In this document: positions 45,508 to 53,308 of the stretch, piece by piece
Layout: each line of letters starts with the position of its first letter
How positions within the stretch are numbered: position 1 is the first letter of the stretch
Sequence record: OR437326.1
Length of the DNA stretch: 64,000 nucleotides
Strand: one strand, 5' to 3'
Source: Escherichia phage iGC_PHA_EC001
The notes under the pieces: model-generated
Databases searched by the model: none
Seen by the model: the letters and a program-made list of their open reading frames with translations, nothing else
What the model was told of the DNA's origin: nothing
Translations under genes and position numbers: made by a program

Positions 45508-46395
45508 TCAGAACGGAATATCATCGTCGAAGTCCATTGGAGGTTCTTCTTGATTACTTGGAGTTGGTTCTGGTTGTGGTTCAGGCTTCTTAACTTCTTT
45601 CTTCTCTTCTTTCTTAGGTTGTTCTACGGAACCACGAATGGCAGCAGCAACTTTATCAGACAGAGCCAGAACTTTACGAGCAGAGTCAATCAGATCTTCT
45701 ACAGATACAGTTTTAATGGTATGGTCTTTACAAGCATTGAGAATAGCGTGACCAACAGATGCCCCAAGATCATAATCATTAATATCAACGCCACGAGATT
45801 CAGCAATTTCAGATTTCAGCGTGACAGTTGCAGATTGAACAACCCCAGCGATATCGAAAGCATCGCCTTTAACACCATTACGAATCAGTTCCAGTGCACC
45901 ATTTACTGCGTGACCAGTTTCCAGACCTACAGTATCACGTTTTTTATAGGACTGCTTAGGAGCAGCATCGTTGGAACCTTTATTGCCAGAAGATTTGTTA
46001 GACTTCTGAACACCATCGGTAGACAATACTGTAATACGAGATTTTTTAGTATTGTAGTAAGTCTTACCGCCTTTATTATCAACGCGATCAATATCAATAC
46101 TTACTTCTACACCTTTTTCAATAGTGATCCAATTATCACCTTCTTTGACTTGCAGGTTTTCATAACCTTCTTTCAGTTCAATGTCACCAAGAGAAATCCA
46201 AACACCTTTCTCATCTGGTTTAGCACCTTTCTCTTTCAGAACAAGAGAAGCTCGGTGAGTTGAAACAATCGTTTTTCCTTCCCAATGAAAAGTTTTAGGT
46301 TCAGCGAATTTATCCAGTTTAACGTAGTCTACGATACCAGTTGCATAAGTTACGGTTTTGCCTTTACGATCAGTTTCAGTATTAATTACGGACAT
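45508..46395 (-). CDS. single-stranded DNA-binding protein with E. coli SSB-type C-terminal tip
   Basis: C-terminus ...PSNQEEPPMDFDDDIPF is almost identical to the E. coli SSB tail; N-terminal beta-rich region consistent with an OB fold. Confidence 0.6.
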   Translation of the reverse strand: MSVINTETDRKGKTVTYATGIVDYVKLDKFAEPKTFHWEGKTIVSTHRASLVLKEKGAKPDEKGVWISLGDIELKEGYENLQVKEGDNWITIEKGVEVSIDIDRVDNKGGKTYYNTKKSRITVLSTDGVQKSNKSSGNKGSNDAAPKQSYKKRDTVGLETGHAVNGALELIRNGVKGDAFDIAGVVQSATVTLKSEIAESRGVDINDYDLGASVGHAILNACKDHTIKTVSVEDLIDSARKVLALSDKVAAAIRGSVEQPKKEEKKEVKKPEPQPEPTPSNQEEPPMDFDDDIPF

Positions 46396-46411
46396 TATTA
46401 TCTCCTCTATA

Positions 46412-46804
46412 TTACATTAATTTTGCACAGAAAGAGCGGAGTCTTTCCATATCATCTTGCTCTAACAGGTATTTACCTTTACCTATTCCAACTCCAATTT
46501 CACCATTAGGAAAATGAACTATTTGCACTGGGAAACCTCCGAGTTTAATTGTGGCAGCTTTGCCTTCTTCGTCTATAACGTTTCGGATTGTATCTTGCAG
46601 TGAAATGAATTCTTTGTTTGTAACAGTGGTTTCAATTATTTCAGATGTTCCAACACGAGCGGTTAGCTTCTTGTCGCCACCTTGAATAACCAAAATTTGA
46701 AAATAAAAAGAGTTGTCAAGACCTACAACATTTTTCTCAACTAGTGTCAAACTGGTGTAGTTTCCATAAACAGTTTCAACAGCTATCTTAGAACGTTCAG
46801 TCAT
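46412..46804 (-). CDS. hypothetical protein (130 aa)
   Basis: ORF track; TTGACA-like -35 upstream on minus strand. Confidence 0.4.
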   Translation of the reverse strand: MTERSKIAVETVYGNYTSLTLVEKNVVGLDNSFYFQILVIQGGDKKLTARVGTSEIIETTVTNKEFISLQDTIRNVIDEEGKAATIKLGGFPVQIVHFPNGEIGVGIGKGKYLLEQDDMERLRSFCAKLM

Positions 46805-46849
46805 TGAATGCTATCCTATCATAAAATGTTTAATATTGTCAAGCTTTAA

Positions 46850-47443
46850 TTACCAAGGAATATCATCTTCTTCCAATCGGGTATCTACTTGAGGTGGACG
46901 TGGAACCTTAACCTCTTTCACAAAACGAAGATACGGGAAACGTGTAGCAATTTTAATAACGTGTTTGGCATCTTCTCTAACATCTTTGTGCAAGAAGCAG
47001 ATCCCTGTTTCCAAAGTTGTTTCAAAATCTTTAGAGTAATAACAATCCTTTCCATCAAATGCAGCCTGGCAGATGGACAGATCAAACTCATTTAGAAAGG
47101 TTGTCATTACGCTTGGTTCCATAATCATAAGGTTGCAAAGCTGACCATCACGTTCAAACTCAAAAACGTGTTTAAGACCAGTAACACCTTCATAATTGTC
47201 AGAAGCCTCTTTGTTTCCTAGTTTACGAATATTGGTTCCCATTAAAGCAGATGCAATTAATCCTTGTATTTGTTCTTCAGTCCGATGTGCAGGAAGGGAC
47301 GTATAGAAATCCAGATCACGTCCAGCAATATCAAGAATACGCCAATCACGAACAGCACCGCCAGCCAAGACAGAATTAGGATCAGCGATCTTTAATACGG
47401 TAAGAATTTCTTTGGCAATATTGATTTGTTTTGATTTAGTCAT
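46850..47443 (-). CDS. Pol-beta-superfamily nucleotidyltransferase (CCA-adding-enzyme head-domain-like) with acidic ...EEDDIPW tip
   Basis: Motif VLAGGAVRDWRILDIAGRDLDFYT matches GGxVRD...DxD of tRNA nucleotidyltransferase/poly(A) polymerase heads; only 197 aa. Confidence 0.45.
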   Translation of the reverse strand: MTKSKQINIAKEILTVLKIADPNSVLAGGAVRDWRILDIAGRDLDFYTSLPAHRTEEQIQGLIASALMGTNIRKLGNKEASDNYEGVTGLKHVFEFERDGQLCNLMIMEPSVMTTFLNEFDLSICQAAFDGKDCYYSKDFETTLETGICFLHKDVREDAKHVIKIATRFPYLRFVKEVKVPRPPQVDTRLEEDDIPW

Positions 47444-47654
47444 TGATACGCTCCACAGTTACTTTTACAACATCGTCCATATTAATCTCATCCCCCAAGA
47501 CCTCAATAACACCTTCCTCATAAAGTCGAGCACATTCTTCCCACACTTCAGCTTCCGTCATTCCACCTGCAATCTTATTTGCAAGACCTTTAATAACATC
47601 TTCATTTTGTTCATCAACAAGAATTGAAACATTAAAGCTCACTAATTTACGCAT
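47436..47654 (-). CDS. hypothetical acidic protein (72 aa)
   Basis: ORF track; AAGGAG upstream. Confidence 0.35.
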   Translation of the reverse strand: MRKLVSFNVSILVDEQNEDVIKGLANKIAGGMTEAEVWEECARLYEEGVIEVLGDEINMDDVVKVTVERIND

Positions 47655-47661
47655 TGTTTTC

Positions 47662-47832
47662 TCCTTATACTTCTAAACGGAAAGTTTCTTTAGATACAAA
47701 ATCGTATCCACCTTTTTCAAGCCAGTCATTGTAAACCTCATCGGCTTGAGACTCTATCATAAAATACCGAGTGGTAACTTCGTCTCCGACAATACGCACA
47801 ATTTTATAGCAAATCATGATACCATTTCCCAT
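47662..47832 (-). CDS. small hypothetical protein (56 aa), not in ORF track
   Basis: ATG overlaps stop of upstream gene (TAATG); fills an otherwise empty 170-nt gap; stop is followed by RBS of next gene. Confidence 0.3.
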
Positions 47833-48044
47833 TAATCTTCCTCCAGATCAATTTCATTATAACAATGTATACAGAAACCATCATTGTGCATATGTTGTTC
47901 ATAAGACATATCTTTACCACAAGACCAACAACGGATATCCCCATCGTCCCATTCACGTTCTTCTTCGCCTTCAAATTCATCTGGTAGGTAAGGCATACCA
48001 AAATAATCTAAATCGTAACTCATATCTTCTCCTACCGAGTCCAC
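47832..48044 (-). CDS. small zinc-ribbon protein (70 aa)
   Basis: CWSC ... CIHC Cys4 pattern; acidic. Confidence 0.35.
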   Translation of the reverse strand: MDSVGEDMSYDLDYFGMPYLPDEFEGEEEREWDDGDIRCWSCGKDMSYEQHMHNDGFCIHCYNEIDLEED

Positions 48045-48622
48045 TCCTTACGTTGTTCAATATGTTCAAGCATATCGTTATACAATGTTTTAAGATGTGG
48101 AACAACTCTTTGATCTTCTGTTTCAAAAAACTTTGTAAGCTGTTCTGCTTTAGCTTTCAACCAACAAAGATGTGCCTCAAGTTCAGTATCAAAACGTCCG
48201 AGCGTTATAATACGACCATCTACTTTTATATGGGCTTTATATTTCTTACGATCTTTTTCGTAATAGAAGCCTACCATAGTGCCATGAGATCTTTTACTTA
48301 CCCTGTAAGCTAAAAACTTGTTAAGATCCCCTGTTACTAAAAGGCAGGTGGCGGGAGAGTAAACTCTCCCTCCTATGATATCTTTATCGAGTTCTAAGTT
48401 TTCCCAGTTATCCCAAGTTTTCAACCAAGTATAGAAGTTGGAAAACAGTTTCCATTCTTCACAGACCGTCACTCCATGATAACAAGGATCACGTTCTTGT
48501 TGGCAAGGGGAGTAACATCTCCCCAACATAGCCATCCATTTCATATAAGCAGGATGAGTTCCATGTTTATCCTTCACCACAATATGTCCATCGAAAACAC
48601 CAACACCATATACTGTTCGCAT
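48032..48622 (-). CDS. AP2-domain DNA-binding protein, homing-endonuclease-like
   Basis: C-terminal segment GFYYEKDRKKYKAHIKVDGRIITLGRFDTELEAHLCW fits the AP2 fold signature; N-terminal W..M..RC...Y.GV.VC..W motif common in phage HNH/AP2 proteins; lies next to the intein-containing polymerase. Confidence 0.45.
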   Translation of the reverse strand: MRTVYGVGVFDGHIVVKDKHGTHPAYMKWMAMLGRCYSPCQQERDPCYHGVTVCEEWKLFSNFYTWLKTWDNWENLELDKDIIGGRVYSPATCLLVTGDLNKFLAYRVSKRSHGTMVGFYYEKDRKKYKAHIKVDGRIITLGRFDTELEAHLCWLKAKAEQLTKFFETEDQRVVPHLKTLYNDMLEHIEQRKEWTR

Positions 48623-48648
48623 AAAACTCCTTTAAAATCAAGTAGATA

Positions 48649-51600
48649 TCAATGACATGTGGCCCAAGAGTTACCCACATCATATCCGGCAGTAAGCTGA
48701 ACGTTAAGATTGTAAAATTCTCCAGCCTTAGTAACAGCTAAAGCAGCAAGTTCTCCTGCCCGACTATAAGCTGTAAACCATCCACCTTTGGGAGATTCAT
48801 GAATGTTAGCCCAAATTTGTCCCGTTTCTTTTTCCTTATTATGCTTCCATTCTTCAACTTTAGCAAGGCATTCTTTATCAATTTTCTTTTGTTCTTCGGG
48901 ATCGTCTACTTTCTTCCAACCTAATGATTCAGGTGAAAACCATTTAAATTCTACAAGGTTACGAGAAACTTCAAGCTGGGCTTCATCGTGATATGCAATC
49001 ATTTGTTGCACGAAATCTTTATTCTTCCAGTCATCTTTAAAGAAGTCAACACTTAGTCCTTCTTCTTCGATCATGTCGTCATAAATAACCATTGCACGTT
49101 TAGCACAGATAACCCCACCACTTTGGAACAGAGAGTTAAGAATCGCGTGAGCAGAACGAGTAGGAACCTTACGACCGTCAATACCCAAAACATATTGTTT
49201 ACCAGTCTTAACCCAAAAATCGTTTAAACGTTCTTTAAGACGCGCCAATGGGAATGCAGCTTCCCAGAAAGCATCAAACACCAATTGACCTGTAAACTTA
49301 TCGCTACCAATTGTTTTAGCAACCTTGTCGGCTTGTGCACCATAGGTAATACCATACTTAACAGATTTAGCAGGACTACGTTCAAATTTACGTCCAATAG
49401 TTTCAGTAATACGTTTTGCCATCATTGTGTGAACATCATTAGGTTTCTCTAACAACAGAGCGTTACAATACTCGTGTGGCTCCGGCTCGTACCGCCAACA
49501 GTTTCCTGTGATGGTAATGCAGTCTTTCTGACGCATGACCCACGTACCAAGTTCTGTTTGTGGACACCAAACATCCTCTACACCCCACTCTTCAATAGTC
49601 AAACTTTGAACAGGAATGTGAGAGCGGTTAGTCAATGTTGCCACTTTTACTTTCTGCTCTTTTGTATTGAAAGCTACAGAGATATTGCCTCCATGCACCA
49701 GGTACGAGGCAGTTAAAGCTGCTTCAAAAAGTTCACCTGGGTTCTGCGCCCAACGCCAAACAGGTTTTTGTTTATGTTCGTGCCAGTAACCATCTGCAAT
49801 CAAGAAACCTTCCAAGAAAGCTACACGCTCGGCATGAGACATATTAACTACACGTTCTACCCACGGAACATCCCATTTACCTTGTTGAACAGAAGTTAAA
49901 CTATTTACCTGATCTTGTTCCATGTTAAATGGAGCATTACAAATAATGTTATCTCCTGTGCAAAGCTCGGCAGTTGTTCTGACTTTAGGCACATAAGTAT
50001 TCCCTTTACTACGGGTATTAACATACCAACGGTGATCTGCTGTTGCACGGTAAGTGTGTGATTTCCCTTTAATCTCAAACGTCTTACTATTTTTATAGAA
50101 GACCTTACCTTTTACTTTAGTCCATTCTTTCAGACCTGTTTCAGCATTGTACCCTAAAATCTCATCCCCTTCCTTCAGGTCGTGATATCCTACCCAACCT
50201 TTACGAGTCAAAGCTTGAGCATCCATCGGCACACAGTAGTGTGATTCAATTTTTGCTTCCAAAGAGTCGAAGTCGTAGCCGATCTGGAAGTATTTAGGAA
50301 CCTCTACACCAAACAAGTTACGCATCTCCCACCCAAACAAAGATGTGACACGAGGAATATTAGCTACAGATCTATGCTTCATACGAGAGGTTGCAGCATC
50401 ACATGTAGCGGCTGGGGTAGGAATACGCCCATCCGCCCTTACTGCGGCTAAGAAACCTTTATCGTATTCTTGATCTTCTTCATCTTCTTCCCAATCAGCA
50501 CCGCCACCTAAAATAGAGTTCCTACGATGCTTATACGTTAAGTATTCTACAATCTGTGTAGCATAAGGAAACTTCTCACTCAAAGCTTGCAGGTTAGGAC
50601 AAATTTCTTTTTCCTGACCTTTGGTAAAACACGGGTTAGTCAATACTTTAAGACCGCGACCTTTACCTTTTGCTATACGCTCTTGAATCTTCCTTTCCAG
50701 GGTTTCCGGTGTGCACTCCAGATGATCACAACGATCCTGACAAAAATTAGAAGATAGAGTTTGCTCAACGTAAGCTCGGATACCTTTCTGAAGTTCTTCC
50801 TCGCTCTTTTTAATCTTGGTGCCAGATTTAAGAGTCAAGTCTTTATCTTTATATTCAGACGGTACCCAACCTAATCCTACAAGCCAGTTTTTAATATGGG
50901 TTGTATCGTTTAATGTTGCAGGAATGTTAGGATCACATAGAGGTTCATCTGCTGCAACTGGCAGTTTCCACTCTTTCCCCAACATAACTAACCACCAATC
51001 GCCATCCCTCTCTTCCAAATGACCATCATGTTTCTTAGCAAAATTGATCATATGGTTAGTTGGCTCTAAGTTCTTTTTAATTTGCAACTTAGGTGGAATA
51101 AAAGCCTTAAGATAACCTTTTGTTGCTGGTTTAGGTGGCAAAATAGGCTCAACGAGTAAACGAAGACGCTCCATTTCTGCATCCAAAAAAGCAAGGTTCT
51201 CTTCTGCTTGTTTCATGTTAAAAGCAAACCCACGGTGTTCCTGGCGTGTAATAATGTCTGCTACACGTTGTTCAAGTTCAAATGGACCTTCCCATTTATC
51301 ATAATCACCCCATTCTTCCATAAGGTAATTATATACACTTGTATTGGCTTTGTTGTCATAGATACAGTAATAAAGCATATCCGCAGCAAAAGTCTTAAAT
51401 CGATCTTCTTCTGGAATCTCTTTACGGAAATCTATTTTTACATCACCACCTGCTTTTCGAGAAAGTGCTGCCAAACTATGTCCTGATTTGCCCTCAATCT
51501 TTCGATCTGGGTTTAACACTTTACTCAAAATCAAGGAGTCAATAAGTTTTACCTTATTTTTGCCCCACGTATTATATTTAACACTGTAATCTAATCCATA

Positions 51601-51981
51601 AAACAGTTTTGTAGCCAACCAGTCGTAGTTGATACCGTTGTGAGCCACAGCCATTTCAACCAGATATTCAGGCTTGTCTTTAAAATAACCTTCATGATTA
51701 ATAAAATCTGGGAAATCTTTTAGTTGAAAATGTGTGTAATCTTGCGCCACATACTCTTTAAGAACATATGTGTATTTACCATCTGACTCTTCATAAGGAC
51801 GCCCATCAAAGATGTATTTAGGGCCATCGTGGAAAGCTACTATTTCTCCTGTTTCATGGTTCTCTAAGACAATACAGTGCATTTGAAATGTGTCTTTGAG
51901 ACGATAAGGACTAGCTAAATAATCAATAGTGTCATTATTCAACAATCCGTTTGCTTCAATATCCCATGTAAACTTACTCAC
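48649..51981 (-). CDS. family A (T7-like) DNA polymerase with 3'-5' exonuclease domain, precursor containing an intein
   Basis: N-terminal DIEANGL (Exo I); motif A DFDSLEAKI; after the insert KSVKYGITYGAQADKVAKTIG (motif B region); C-terminal GIDGRKVPTRSAHAILNSLFQSGG and ...GNSWATCH match T7 gene 5 polymerase pattern; GTG start. Confidence 0.85.
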   Translation of the reverse strand: MSKFTWDIEANGLLNNDTIDYLASPYRLKDTFQMHCIVLENHETGEIVAFHDGPKYIFDGRPYEESDGKYTYVLKEYVAQDYTHFQLKDFPDFINHEGYFKDKPEYLVEMAVAHNGINYDWLATKLFYGLDYSVKYNTWGKNKVKLIDSLILSKVLNPDRKIEGKSGHSLAALSRKAGGDVKIDFRKEIPEEDRFKTFAADMLYYCIYDNKANTSVYNYLMEEWGDYDKWEGPFELEQRVADIITRQEHRGFAFNMKQAEENLAFLDAEMERLRLLVEPILPPKPATKGYLKAFIPPKLQIKKNLEPTNHMINFAKKHDGHLEERDGDWWLVMLGKEWKLPVAADEPLCDPNIPATLNDTTHIKNWLVGLGWVPSEYKDKDLTLKSGTKIKKSEEELQKGIRAYVEQTLSSNFCQDRCDHLECTPETLERKIQERIAKGKGRGLKVLTNPCFTKGQEKEICPNLQALSEKFPYATQIVEYLTYKHRRNSILGGGADWEEDEEDQEYDKGFLAAVRADGRIPTPAATCDAATSRMKHRSVANIPRVTSLFGWEMRNLFGVEVPKYFQIGYDFDSLEAKIESHYCVPMDAQALTRKGWVGYHDLKEGDEILGYNAETGLKEWTKVKGKVFYKNSKTFEIKGKSHTYRATADHRWYVNTRSKGNTYVPKVRTTAELCTGDNIICNAPFNMEQDQVNSLTSVQQGKWDVPWVERVVNMSHAERVAFLEGFLIADGYWHEHKQKPVWRWAQNPGELFEAALTASYLVHGGNISVAFNTKEQKVKVATLTNRSHIPVQSLTIEEWGVEDVWCPQTELGTWVMRQKDCITITGNCWRYEPEPHEYCNALLLEKPNDVHTMMAKRITETIGRKFERSPAKSVKYGITYGAQADKVAKTIGSDKFTGQLVFDAFWEAAFPLARLKERLNDFWVKTGKQYVLGIDGRKVPTRSAHAILNSLFQSGGVICAKRAMVIYDDMIEEEGLSVDFFKDDWKNKDFVQQMIAYHDEAQLEVSRNLVEFKWFSPESLGWKKVDDPEEQKKIDKECLAKVEEWKHNKEKETGQIWANIHESPKGGWFTAYSRAGELAALAVTKAGEFYNLNVQLTAGYDVGNSWATCH
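49501..50235 (-). mobile_element. intein (245 aa) after polymerase motif A, with LAGLIDADG-like motif
   Basis: Begins Cys (CVPMDAQALT), block-B-like TADH, LAGLIDADG-like LEGFLIADGY, ends ...ITITGN followed by Cys +1; excision brings motif A next to the conserved downstream palm sequence. Confidence 0.65.
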
Positions 51982-52775
51982 TATTCCTCCTTTCTAATGT
52001 TCTCCAGAACCCACTGAAGTTCTTTTAAACTTAAACTTCTTACTCCCGCAGTTTTACTAGCTTCAGCTTTAAGTAACGGGTAAGCCTCAATGATACGCGT
52101 TTTAAGATCAGAAGTCAAGGCTTTTAAAAAGTAGGTAGATGCTTCAGATAAAGAATCTTCTTCTGATAACACTTTACCTGCACTTGCTCCCGCTCTCCTA
52201 ACGGCTATATCGTAGTCTTTACTGTTACCTAATACGAACAGTTGATTCTCTCCTAAAACAACGGGAGAACGCTTCTCGTTGCGTTTAATCCATATCTGGA
52301 ATACACAAGGAACATCCCAAGGTTCTCCATGAAGAATAAAAGATCCTTTTGGACATTCTTCTTCGTAAAGAAGATGCATGTGGGGATTTAGTTTGTGTGC
52401 AAAAAAGATTTTTTGAAATGTGCGAGGCAAGATAAAACAAATACCACCTTCGTTATCCAACATTTCAGCACAATGGTTAAAGAACTTAATGGCAAGACTA
52501 GCATTTTTTCCAAACGGAGGATTACCGACAAAAGCAGTTACACTACCAACAGACTCAACAGATTGAGCTAAAAAATCTGCCTCAATACAATCTTCAAACT
52601 TAGGGTCAATATCAAAAGAAGTTATGTTTTTAAAACAAGAAGAGAAAGCCCCTTCTCCCGCAGATGGTTCTACGTAGTTAGCTTCCTCTCCAAAAATTTC
52701 TTTGATCTTATCACATAAGAACCCCGCATAAGCGGGGTTAGTGTAATATTGATCAAGTGTGTTCAACTTGCTCAA
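51981..52775 (-). CDS. N6-adenine DNA methyltransferase (gamma-class-like)
   Basis: SAM-binding EPSAGEGAF followed by catalytic GNPPFG (NPPF); stop overlaps polymerase start codon. Confidence 0.6.
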   Translation of the reverse strand: MSKLNTLDQYYTNPAYAGFLCDKIKEIFGEEANYVEPSAGEGAFSSCFKNITSFDIDPKFEDCIEADFLAQSVESVGSVTAFVGNPPFGKNASLAIKFFNHCAEMLDNEGGICFILPRTFQKIFFAHKLNPHMHLLYEEECPKGSFILHGEPWDVPCVFQIWIKRNEKRSPVVLGENQLFVLGNSKDYDIAVRRAGASAGKVLSEEDSLSEASTYFLKALTSDLKTRIIEAYPLLKAEASKTAGVRSLSLKELQWVLENIRKEE

Positions 52776-52784
52776 TAGTCCTCC

Positions 52785-53216
52785 TTAGTTGTTAGCGAAC
52801 TCAATAGTGAGGTCAACTTTACCATCGTCAGAAATAACCATGTTTTTGGTATTTTTAAAGATGATATCTACTTTACCTTCACTTACACGACAGAATGCAA
52901 CACCATCTGCAACTTTATCGATATAATATTTGTAAGAAAGAATACCCACTTTACTACGACCAGCACCTTTTGTGAAAGAAGGGTTTACATCGAAACGGAA
53001 ACCTTTAGAAGAAACAACACGGTAAGAACGTCCAGTTGGAAGATGTTCAATAACAGAGACATTATTCTCAACAACTTTTACAGCAAACTCTTCAGGATGA
53101 TCCTCAACAATCACATGTGGGATGGCAAATGCCAACGCTTGTTTGTGTTTAATAACACCAGCACCCAGAGCACCAGCAGCTTTAACTTTTGCATTCAGAT
53201 CGATTGTCATACGCAT
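52785..53216 (-). CDS. hypothetical protein (143 aa)
   Basis: ORF track; own promoter and RBS upstream. Confidence 0.4.
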   Translation of the reverse strand: MRMTIDLNAKVKAAGALGAGVIKHKQALAFAIPHVIVEDHPEEFAVKVVENNVSVIEHLPTGRSYRVVSSKGFRFDVNPSFTKGAGRSKVGILSYKYYIDKVADGVAFCRVSEGKVDIIFKNTKNMVISDDGKVDLTIEFANN

Positions 53217-53249
53217 TTTTACTTCTCCTCTTGTTTGGTTGATGAGACA

Positions 53250-53278
53250 AGTATAAGTCCCTTCCGTAAAGTTGTCAA
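53250..53278 (-). promoter_or_regulatory. near-consensus sigma70 promoter on minus strand (TTGACA-N17-TATACT)
   Basis: Reverse complement of 53273-53278 is TTGACA, of 53250-53255 is TATACT; followed by AGGAG and ATG of gene 52785..53216. Confidence 0.5.
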
Positions 53279-53308
53279 CAGGTATTTTTAATAAAAGGGC
53301 CGAAGCCC

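Noticed and set aside
45550-46263. 237-aa plus-strand ORF opposite the SSB gene
   Set aside because: Antisense shadow of the SSB gene with a Phe/Leu-rich low-complexity translation.
47816-48313. 165-aa plus-strand ORF opposite the zinc-ribbon and AP2 genes
   Set aside because: Antisense to two well-supported minus-strand genes; no RBS.
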